Shown here piece after piece: positions 41,401 through 53,653 of a stretch of 64,000 nucleotides of DNA (its first letter is position 1; every line of letters begins with the position of its first letter). This stretch comes from Octopus vulgaris (lineage: Eukaryota). The DNA is taken from positions 15,810,001 to 15,874,000 of the forward strand of contig OX597828.1 of assembly GCA_951406725.2 (NCBI GenBank), written 5' to 3'. The translations under genes were made by a program, and so were the position numbers. The notes under the pieces are model-generated. The model saw only the letters and a program-made list of their open reading frames with translations. It had not been told where the DNA came from and made no database searches.

Positions 41401-44400
41401 AAGCAGTGTGTCCTTTCTTTGTAAGCTGGTAGGTTTAACTTTCTATCTGTTGCTGGGACTCCTAGTTTAGTAGACTGGAACAATATGAAATTAAGTGTTT
41501 TGCTCAAGAATACAACCCACCACCCAGTCTTGGAATTGAAACTACAATCTTATGATCATGAGTGCAACACCTTAACCACTAAGCTGCACACTATCATGTG
41601 GGATAATAGCTCATAGAAAAACAAACCTTTCTAGGTGAGTTAATGAGGAACTTCTTCATAGTAATTTGACCTACCAGAAATAGTTACCAAATCTTGCAAA
41701 TAATACTGTCATACTAAAAGAAATGACACACCTGGTATAGTCATAGATATACAAAACAGATTATGTAGTGATAGCTGGAACAACAATAGTAATTTTGTTT
41801 TTGTACTTGGTTTGCAAGATCCTGGATGGGAACTCATGTGAAACAGACCTGGAATAGAAAGAGCATGTCACTCATGAAATTTCAAATGGCGATGAATGGA
41901 CTTTGAGAAATGCATCTCATTGACTGACTGACTGACTAATCAAACAATATAAATATAAGAAGTGAAATAGAACCAGTACATGTGCTTATTAATGGCATAA
42001 TGACCCTCCCAAGATTCAACAAAATAATAGTAATATTTCTAGACCTGCAGTAAAAACAAGGAGAGAAAAAAAAATCCTTTTTTTTTGTTTTAAGAAAAAA
42101 ACTGATTTCTTTGTTCTTTTTTTTAAATGTCTTAAAATATATTTTCTTTTACCAGGATCAGATTGAAATCCGCAGGCATAATTTCAAAGCTGGATGGAAG
42201 CTTGAGGCTGTGAACCCAGTGACAAAGAACGAAATTTGTCCTGCTACTGTAATTGATGTTGTTGATGATAAATACTTCATTGTCGAAATTGATGATGTTC
42301 GACCCCTTAATGAACGTTCATACATCCGATTTGGTTGCCACATCGACTCACCTGGTATCTTTCCTGCTATGTGGTGCAGGAGGAAGGGAATTCATTTGAA
42401 AAAACCAGCAGGTTAAACATTTATAAACTTTCTCATACTTTCTCAAAAATTTGTTATTCAGGCATGGCTGTGTGGTGAGAAGCTTGCTTCCCAACCACAT
42501 GGTTCCAGGTTCTGTCCCACTGTGTGGCACCTTGGGCAAGTGTCTTCTAATATAACCTCAGGCTAACCACAGCCTTGTGAGTGGATTTGGTAGATGGAAA
42601 CTGAAAGAAGCCCATCATGTGTATATATATATATATATTATGTGTGTCTATATTTATGTGTGTATTTGTGTCTGTTATCCCTTCACCATCACTTGACAAC
42701 AGATCTTGGTGTGTCTACGTCCCTGTAACTTAGCAGTTTGGCAAAAGAGACTGATAGAATAAGTACTAGGCTTACAGAGAGCATAAATCCTGGGGTCGAT
42801 TTGTTCGACTAAAACCCTTTAAGGCAGTGCTCCAGCATGGCCGCAGTCAAATGACTGAAACAAGTAAAAGAATATTAATAGCATCTTCCTTTCTGTGAAG
42901 GTGCCTGGTTTAGTGGTTAAAGGGTATTCAGCTAATGGCTGTAAGATCAGGAGTTCGATTCCCAGTGGTTCATTATGTCTTTGAGCAAGACACTTAATGG
43001 CCTGTTGCTCCAGTCCACTCAGCTGGCGAAAATGAAGGAGCATCGTGAGACCACTGCTGAGATGCTTCCAACAAATGAAAAAGAAAAGCCATTAGAAAAC
43101 CGATTATAGCAGTGACTCCATCTAAGAATATCTAAAGAAGGAATATTATTCTGAAATATGTCGGACTATGGATGACTAAATTACAGCAGGTATAGAGTGA
43201 ATTGTTGTACCATTCTAAACTTTTTATTCTTTACAAACAATACACAAAGGTTCAAGCGAACTACAATACTCTCCTGTATTTCAAAGGGCCAACCATGTCC
43301 CATTCTATCTTACATTAGATCTCCTTGAGAACTATGTTAAGGGTACACATGTTTATTAAGTTCTTGGCCATTTGCATGTTAATTCCATGAGCAGGTTGTT
43401 CCGTTGATCCAATCAACTGGAGCACTCGTTGTCATAACCAGCTGTGTGCTAATTTTGCTTTTAGTTTTTTTTTAAATTTTTATTTTATCTTCCTTTCAAT
43501 CAAATTTTAAAAAAATTTTAAATTCAATTAATTGATGCATAAATTAATAATGGATTAATTAATTTGTTGCGGAAGTAATTTTGTCATGTGAAAGTATTGT
43601 TTCAAAGCAGTTGTGAAAGTATGGTAATTTAGTGTTTCTAAGTATGGTAATTTTTATGTTGTACATTCTGCAAGGCAGCTAAAAGCAATAATAATAATAA
43701 TAATAATAATGAAGGAAGGAAAAGAAAGATCCATAGTTAGATTGTTGTAGAAATCAGTCCTGTGGGGAAAAGAACATGGAAGGCTAGTGGATGGTATGAC
43801 TTGGCATGCCATCTAAGTGTGGATAGATGTTGTAGTAAATTATTTATTGGCATGTCATATATCTGTGATTAAATTATTAGTGACAGTCATGTAACGTTTC
43901 TAAGAAACCTTGCACATTACAGCATTCTTGTAGTGCTGTAAATGCTAGATTACTAAAAGCATAAAGTGATCTCGTATCACAAGAGATGAAACTTTAGTAA
44001 AAAGCAAGATGTGAGGTGTTAACCAATACCAGCATGGAAGGCAGACATTAAATGATGATGATGATGATTAGCATGTTTCTCTATATTCTCTTTTTTTTCC
44101 AAGTAAGGTATTTTATAACTTGTTGGTCTTCGCATACTGAAATAATAAAACCAATCAATGATGGATATTTTATAGTAGACAGAAAGCAAATGTCACTATT
44201 GTTTAAATGGTGTCAATGTGAAGACAAGTAGAAACCCTTCTCTCCCTCTCTCATGCTTTTGTACATTTCCTGTCTTCTAAATTTCACTCACAAGGCATTG
44301 ATTGGTCCACCTGAGGTTATAGTTGAAGACCCTTGCCCTAGGTGCTACACTGTGGGATGGAACCTGAACCCACATGATTGTGAAGTGAACTTCTTAACCA

Positions 44401-46862
44401 CACAGCCATGCCTACATGTGTGTGTGTGAGAGAGATTGGTTTCGGCCAGAGGCTGTGGTCATGATGAGGCACTGCTGTGTGTGTATATAAACACACACAC
44501 ACACACGTGTATATATTTGCAGGCATGCATGGCTGTGTGGTTAAAAAGTTCATGTCACAATGTGCATGAACTTGATATTGGAAGTTGGACAAGTATAGTG
44601 GAGAGGACAAATTTTGTTAAAGACTCCTGTTTCCATCTCTGTCACACTCTTAACCTCTCATCACCTGGTACAAGGCCACCTCCTCCAATGCCCCCACCTC
44701 TCTCAAAGGATCTTTGTCTTGCAAGTTACTTAATGACCCTGCCAGTGCTGGTGCATCCTGTTCACACTGTAAAGTGGTTGGTGTATGGAAGGTGAATCAA
44801 GCTGTAAAAATCCTAATAAAACAGATAATGAAGCCTGGTGTGGTCTTCTGCCTAGCTAGCACCTACCAAACCGTCCAACCCATATCAGCATGGAAACGGA
44901 TGTTAAATGATGATGATGATAATATATTGTTTGCTTGTTCCCCCTTGAGCCATCCCTGGCTCATAAGGGCAGGTTTCCTGGTTTCCTTGGCATATAGGTT
45001 AACGTGTTATTAGAAATGGTTTCTTTGGCTGGAAGAATTTGAGGCCCAATGATCACTTTGAATCCATGAATATTTTTCATTTATTAGAGTGCAATATATT
45101 GAATTATAATCTGAATCAAAATTTACTCATCAAAAGAAATATATATCTAAATTCAGTGCATTTGTATTTTATAGTTAAATATTTCAGTTTATGTATTGTT
45201 TTCACAGCTTCATTGATAAATAGCTGTTGGAATATCTGTGTAAAGAAGCTGCTTCTGAAGTTGTAAGACCACCTCGGTCCATTGTTACTTTTCGAGTAGT
45301 CATCTCTGCTTGTCTAGCCTTTTTAGTTCATTAGATATTCCTTCTTCTAGAGTAATCTTATAAGCAAAGCATCAGTGATGGTTCTCTAAACATTTTGTAC
45401 ACATTGTCACTTAATATGGCTCATTCCACTAATAGCTTTCTTTCTTCTCTACAGGTTGGGACGGAGAGTTTGATTGGGCAGAATACCTTTCCAATATAGA
45501 TCGTAAAGCTGCTCCTCGCAATTGCTTTGGATCAGTTTGCATGGTAAAGTACTTCTTAACCCCTTTTCTACCCTTTTTTGTTTTTACTCTTTTCAGCAAA
45601 TGGACAGCAGCTGTGCTGCCGCACCAAATTCAAAGATCAATCATATAAATGTCAGTACTTGTTTTTTTGATTTCTATTTGTCAAACTGCTATGTTACAAG
45701 ACATAAGGGAACAATATGATTTTTAAGCATAGTAAAAAACACACACACACACACACACACAGACATATTGTGGGTTTTTGCACAGTTTCCTTTTACCAAA
45801 TTTTACTCACACGACATTACTCACAACCCATGTCTAGCTTGGAAGATGGTTACCCAAGGTACTGTGTTGTGAGATAGAACTTGGGACCTTGTTGTGGTTA
45901 AGTGAACATCATACAGCCTTACCCAAGGTACTGTGTTGTGGGATAGAACTTGGGACCTTGTTGTGGTGAAGTGAACATCATAACATACAACCTTACCCAA
46001 GGTACTGCATCATAACATGCAGCCTTACCCAAGGTACTGTGTTGTGGGGCAGAACTTGGGACCTTGTTGTGGTGAAGTGAACATCATACAGCCTTACCCA
46101 AGGTACTGTGTTGTGGGATAGAACTTGGGACCTTGTTGTGGTGAAGTGAACATCATAACTTGCAGCCTTACATCTGCATAGTTCTCTGTTATTGTTGGCT
46201 ACAGAAATACATCCTCTAGGAGCCATGCAGTTAGACTGAACCCGGAACCATGTGGTTTGGAAGCAAACTTCTTACCACACAGTCATGCCTTTTTTGTAGT
46301 TTTTTTTTGGATGAAAACAGAAGCTTGGTGGCATAAAAAATGCCTGGATATATTAGATGCACACAATTTCAGCAGTGCATATTCAGGAAAAAAGAGTTTT
46401 TACTGCATTAAAGCTTGTGGGGGAAACCCAGCTTTGTATATAGTTGCCAAGGTATTTTTTTAAAAATCTATTTTTGGAAAAAAAAGCCTATCCTATATGC
46501 CATCAAATGCAGTGTTAGATAAGATGTATTAGACTCTGTCAGAGCTAATCTCTCCCATTTTTATTTGAGTGGGTCTGTGTACCTCACTGATTTACCCAAT
46601 TGAAGTCAGTTGTGTGTGTGTGTGTGTGTGTGTGTTTGTGTGAAGCTCACCTGATCATTGCAGTGGGGTGCAACTTGAGTTATGAGAAAAAGAATTTAAA
46701 TTTAAACAAACACAATATCCATTATGCCATGTACTGATTTTACAATGAGAAACTGTAGCATAATAATGCATGCTGGACAGTTTTGATCAAAAGCTGGTTT
46801 ATCAGTTTTCTTGGTAACAGGCATCACCAAAAGATATGCACATATGTGATTGTGTGTGTATG

Positions 46863-46895
<33 letters not shown>

Positions 46896-49800
46896 TTGGA
46901 CGTGGGCGATCATTGTATTCTTTCTCGTCTTGAGGTTCACAGCCAAACGGTTGGGTGGATTCACATGAAAAATGGCACACAGGTGGAGACGGGTCCATAG
47001 ATTGGAATGCAGTTTGTATTTTTTTCATAACCCCCATACTTACCGGGAAATTGTTTAAAACTCTTTCTAATGGAATTTCCCTCTTTCTTCTGTCATTAAA
47101 ACAACCAGTTACTTAGAAGCTGTTTTCTGACGGGGTGGGGTCAGGAAATTTTCGTATAGTTGGAGGAAACAGGGGACCTGAAATGATAAGGTTGACAAAC
47201 ACTGTTATAGATAATGCCTAACCGAAAACGATCACAGCCACATCATCCAAACAGACCGGGTGAAACCGGGCTTAGCTGCTAGTATATATATATATATATG
47301 TGGTATATTAAAAGAATGGGCTTTCTCATGGTCTTCCTATCATATTCCTCTCACAAGATATTGATTTACTTGTCATTATGGTACAAGATACTTGCCCAAG
47401 ATGCCATGCAGTGGAATCTAACCCCAGAACCATGTGATTACAAAGCAAAGCGATCTTAACCACATAGCCATTTCTGTGCCCATATATACATGTGTGTGTG
47501 TGTGTACAGTGCAGACAAGAAGGTAATGTGTTAGGACTACATTATCCAATTTAGTCTTCCTTCTTCTTTAGCTAGTTCAGCTTGATTTGAGAAAGCTGTG
47601 TCTGCTTTTTATTGCAAGTTCAGTGATCATGCTGAAGCTCCCTATTGTTGTTTAGCCCCAGACCTTAGGATCAAAAGCATTCCAGCTGTAACTATCCTGT
47701 CATTTGATATACATTTAACCCTTTTGATACCAACCCGGCTGAAATCTCCTCTAGCTCTGTAGTACAAATGTCTTGTTTTCATAAGTTTTGAACTCAAATC
47801 TTCCACCAAATCTTAGTCACAATTTATGTTCCTAACACTAGCTTAACCCTTTTGTTACTAACCTGGCCAAAACTGGCTCTGGCTCTGTGGTAAAATGTCT
47901 TGCTTTCAGAAGTTTTGAATTAAAATATTCCTCCAAGCCTTAGTCACAATTTACATTCCTAACACTAGCTTAATGATAACTAAGTTATTTTACTAAATTC
48001 TTTGTTATATTCAAAATAATTGAAAGAAACACAGAGCATCTCAAAATAAATACAGTAACGAAAGGGTTAATGATAACTAAGTTATTTTACTAAATTCTTT
48101 GTTATATTCAAAATAATTGAAAGAAACACAGAGCATCTCAAAATAAATACAGTAACGAAAGGGTTAAGGATTACATTATCCAATGCCTCTTTTTTTTTTT
48201 TTTTTTTTTCAAGACAGTATAAGTGTGATTTGAGCTGAATTGGGCTGCTTTTACTAGCAGGTTGGGCAACTGCATAGAGACAGCCTTGCTGAAAATCATT
48301 GAAGTAGAAATCTAAATTATAGATTCTTATTTCTTTATTACCCACAAGGGGCTAAACATAGAGGGGACGAACAAGGACAGACAAAGGGATTAAGTTGATT
48401 ACATCGACCCCAATGCGTAACTGGTACTTAATTTATCGACCCTGAAAGAATGAAAGGCAAAGTCAACCTTGGCGGAATTTGAACACAGAACATAACGGCA
48501 GGCGAAAAACCGCTAAGCATTTTGCCTGGAGTGCTAACGTTTCTGCCAGCTCATCGCTAAATTATAGATTCTGAATATTCTATTGCAAATCTTGTCTAAA
48601 TTCAATAATTTATGTTATGAAAATGCAGGCACAGGCATAGATGTGTAGTTAAGAAGCTTGCTTTGCAATCACATGGGTTTGGGTTCATTCCTGCTGCACA
48701 GCATCTTGGGTAAATATTTTCTATTATAGCCCTAGTGTAAGTGAATTTGGTAGACAGAAACTGTGTGGTAGCTTATATACAAACAAATGTGCATGTGTGT
48801 GTGTCTGTCACTCCTGCACTGATTGGCAACTGGTGTTGGTTTGTTTGCATTCCTGTAACATTGTGGTTTGGCAAAAGAGACCAATAGAATATGTATCAAA
48901 TTTAAAATAAAATAAATGCTGTTCTTCACTCCTGCTCCAGAGTGTCGGCTGTGGGGTCACTCCGAAAAGCTCTATCTGCGACGATTTCATCTCAATCAAA
49001 GGAGAAGGGCTTTCTCCATCCGGGTTGCGGATCCGTGGAATAAGCTGCCGGACGAGATAGTGAAGATGCCGACGACCGCTCGGTTCAAAGTCTCTCTTGA
49101 CCAGAAATGGTCTGAACTCTTTGCATGAACATTCTCCCTGTACATAACTCCATGTCCCCCTACATGGCCTTGCTTTTTGCTTTTTGAGCCAAAAAAATTA
49201 ACTTAACTTAAATACTGGGGTGTGATCTGTTTGAGTAAAAAATCTTTCAAAGTGGTGCCCCTGCATGGCTGTGGTGCAGTCCATTGGCTGAAGCAAGTAA
49301 AAGATAAATAATTGATTCTGAAAACTGTCTCCATTATTCTCTCATTTAACAAAAAAAAAAACAACATCACCTTTATTTTTCTTTCTGTTTAGGATGTTCC
49401 TTACCATCAGTTCCAGCGTGGTCTGAAACTTGAGGCTGTAAATCCAGATAATAGCAACCAGATATGTGCTGCTACTATTACAAAGATTGTTGACAGACTG
49501 ATGTGGATCCACCTGGACAACAGTTCTAAAATGAAAGCGAGTTTTATTGAAGACATCGACTCGCACAATCTTTTTCCAGTTGGCTGGTGTGAGAGCAACG
49601 GGTACCAGCTGAATCCTCCACGAAGAACTGGCTTTAGGCGACCTCACAAACAAGTTGCTGTTGTGCAGCCTGAGTAAGTTGCTTTGCTTTTGCTTTCATA
49701 GTTTTTGATATGTGTTCAGAAGGGCATCCAACTGAGGAAACTGCACCAAAGTAGATACTGGAGCGTGATGCTATCCTTGGGCCCATCAAATCTTGTCAAG

Positions 49801-52800
49801 CCATCCAACCTGTGCCGTTTAATGTCCACTCTTGATGCTGGCATGAGTTGGATGGTTTGACATGGAGCTGGCTAGCAGAGGGAGCTGTCCAGGCTCCAGC
49901 TGTCTGTTGTGGCATGGTTTCTATGGCTCGATGCCCTTCCTAATGCCAAGCCCTTAGCATAGTGTGCTGGGTGCTTTTGTTATGTGTCACCGGTACTGTG
50001 TTTGCAGCACTGGCACAGGTACTTTTTAAGTGGCACCGACACCTGAAAGGAGAAGTCTATATGTGTGAAAGACAGCAATTTTACTCAGCTTGATGTGTCT
50101 TCTCAAGTACAGCAAAAGATTATAAGACTCTTTTTCTCTCTCCAACATCACTAGCTTTAGACCCTGTTACTCTCTCTGCTACCATTCTATCACAACTAAA
50201 AGACTATTTCTTTTGCTCCTCGTCCCCCATAATCATTGCATTCTTGCTCACAGAGACTATGCTAAAACAGACATTGGTGCATAATGCAGTCCTCCGATTT
50301 ATCATATCCTATGGAGCCATCCAACTCATGCTGGGATAGAAGACAGACATTGAATAATGTGGATGGATGAAAATACATAAATCACGGGCAGAGACTGCTT
50401 GTTTTAAAGTTTTTATACCAACTTACCTGAGACCACCCCTTGTCCGTTGACACAAAACCTGTCACATTATAAAGTGGTCATATTTATGTTAAAGCTTTGT
50501 CGTAGTTTTATATATGACTCATTTTACTGTGTCCAAAGCTCCATCTGAATAATGACAAAATTATTTTACTAAATCTCTTCAAGTTGCGATTATTTCAAAA
50601 GTCATAGGTAGATGCATTTCATTACAATTTTGTTGTGAAAAGGTTAATTGGTGTCCTAGTTTTGATGTTTCTAAGACACTGTTGCATTAATGTTCACCTT
50701 TCCATGATTGCATGTATCTGATGGGGTTTATTGATGCAGATTTTCTATGGCAAGATACCCTTTCTGTTGCTAACCCCCCACTTTCTTCTAAGCAAGGTAA
50801 TATTTCTCTGGCTAAACATTTTCTTGTAGAATATTGAAAATAAATAACACCATTTGTATAATAGTGACAATCATTTACAACTATCACATGATATCAAGAC
50901 TAAGAGACAAATGCACGTGCATGTGTTTGGATGCACATGACCTAGTAGTTAGGGTGTTGCACTGATGAATGCAAGATTGTCATTTTGGTTCCCAGATCAG
51001 CAGTGTGTTGTGTTCTTGAGCAAAACGCTTCATTTCATACTGCTCTCTTCCACTCACCTGTAAATGGCTAACTCGGCAATGGACTGGTGTCTTATTCAGG
51101 AAGCAATGTTAGCCCGCCCACTTAACCTGTTGGGTGGCATCATTACTAGGCTACGGCAATGCAAAGAAGTGTATTGTGACCAGCAGTGCATAACCATATT
51201 GATAAACTGTATGATACAGTGATATATACACATACATACGATAGGCTTCTTTCAGCTTCCATCCTTCATAAACATGCTTTGTTAAACAAAACTTTTTAAA
51301 TGAAATAAAGAAGTTTTATTTCATAATAAAATACTGCAGTTTTTTTTTTTAATTTCATAAGAAAATGCTCCAGTCATTAGAGGGTGCCATACTATTAAAA
51401 CTATGACCCCAAAATGGAAGACATGTTGGAGATTTAAACATAACAAGCTGTAGCAAGGGCAACTTGTCTTGGAGAGCACTAACTCTGTATAAAAACTTAC
51501 ACAGAATAGAAGCATCTCTTTAGTTCTAACAAGCAGCCTCTCTAGTGTCAGTCACAAAAATAAAACATATTCAGAGTATTACAGTTCTACATTTAAGAGA
51601 TGAGGAATTATGTACATTATTTACATTCGATTCGAAGCATTGACCTGAACACTAACAATAATAATAATAATAATAATAATAACATCAAAAAATACCTTAG
51701 GAATGAGAACCTAGGTTCGAAATTTCCCCAAAACACCTGAAGAAGGCTGGAAGGTGTATCAGCCGAAACGTTGTGTTAACAACAAACAAGATGAAGACAA
51801 ATATTCACCGAATGTAAATAATATTCAGAGTACGTTCTCTAATGGTTGATGAGAAGGGCATTCAAAACAGGGAATCCACATGACATTCAGAACAAAAAAC
51901 TTGATAATTTTCTTTGTTGTATATGTCAGATGATGGACTACAGCAAGTGGAGAGAAGTTTTGGAACAGACCTCTCTAACTAGCATACTGGCATTGGAAAA
52001 AATCTATGTAAAATGGTGATGATTTATTGCTGTAGTCTAACACGATGGTTCTTTATTACTTTGTTTAAATAATACTGACTATATTGGTTTGAGTTTCATG
52101 TTGTCATCAAGTTATATTTTTTATTGTAGACCAGTGACAATTGAAAGTCATTTATCAGCCTCAGATACATACAATAAAATTAAAAATGTCAATATCGAAG
52201 GTAAATATTGCTTCATTCTAACATGTTTATTAACTGCCGTAAGGCAGGTATTGTTTTAGTTTCTAATTATTAAACTTAAGAATTTTAAAGAGATATTTTT
52301 AAATGTTGGACAAAATTCTTAACTACTTTCCTTTTAGCTTTTCACGTTCTGTGCTCAAATTTCACTAAAGTCGACTTTGCCTTTCATCCTTTCGAGTCAG
52401 TAAAATAAGTACCAAGTTGAGCACAGGGGACGAGGTAATGGGGTTGATAAAATAGGTACCAGTTGAGCACTGGGACAGATGTCATTGATATACCCAATCT
52501 CCCTAAAATTGCTGGCCTTGTGCCAAAATTTGAAACTTATTTTATAGAGTGACAGTTCATCAGAATTGATAGTGATGAACAAAATGCATTGCAATATTTA
52601 GTTGTCCCTTCACATTCTGATTTCAAATCCTATCAGGATTAGCTTTGCCTTTCATCCTTGCAAGGTTGATAAAATAAGTTTCAATCAAATCTTGGATTGA
52701 TATAATTGCTTGAGTGGAGGTGCAATGGCCCAGTGGTTAGGGCAGCGGACTCGCGGTCGGAGGATCGATTCCCAGATCGGACGTTGTGTGTGTTTATTGA

Positions 52801-53616
52801 GCGAAAACACCTGAAGCTCTATGAGGCTCCGGCAGGGGGTGGTGGCAACCCCTGTTGTACTCCTTTGCCCCAACTTTCTCTCACTCTTTCTTCCTGTTTC
52901 TTTAGTAACGCTGCGATGGACTGGCGTCCCGTCCAGCTGGGGGGGAACACATATGCCACGGAAACCGGGCCCATGAGCCTGGTTAGGCTTGAAAAGGGCG
53001 CATATATATAATTGCTTGAACTTCCTTTTGAAATTTTAAAAAATCCATTGTTTTAGAAATATAGAGCAATATCATTATACTGTTGCAATGTCCAAAACTT
53101 TTAACTATTTTAATAATTATCTATTTCCTTGCATTTAAAAAAATGTGTCTTTATTTCTATTCCTACAGAGGACACGTGGTGCCCTAAGATTTACTACAAT
53201 CACCGTTGCTTTTCTGGTCCCTATCTGGCAAAGAGTCGCATAGCTGAGCTGCCTAAATCAATTGGTCCTGGCCCCATCAAACTAGTCATGACTGAAGTAT
53301 TGACTATGTTGATTAATGTGGCCTATAAATCCAGTCGTGTGTTACGTGAGTTACAAGTGGATGGAGAAGACAACCCTAACATGCATCAACAAGTTTTAAA
53401 AGCAAAGTAATTCATTTTTTCTTTTCATTTTGGGACTTACATCTTAGGGTGTTGTCCTTGTCTTTTTTTTTCTTACTGGGTTAGTAAGAAGGATGAGCTT
53501 TACCTATGACCTTTGTAGGCCCTCCAACACTGGTGGTTGGTTGGTTTGCTGTTGTATTTAGTTTGGACATCCAAAGCCTTGTGAGTGGATTTGGTAGGTG
53601 GAAATTGAAAGAAACC

Positions 53617-53653
<37 letters not shown>

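Noticed and set aside
52714-52790. tRNA gene candidates (also 16033-16100 and 60840-60912)
   Set aside because: SINE heads: acceptor stems do not close, and they continue into repeat bodies (the two family F copies have TSDs)
53169-53170. Alternative acceptor (cagAG) allowing exon 10 to be skipped
   Set aside because: It would give phase 0, matching neither exon 9 (phase 2) nor exon 10 (phase 1)
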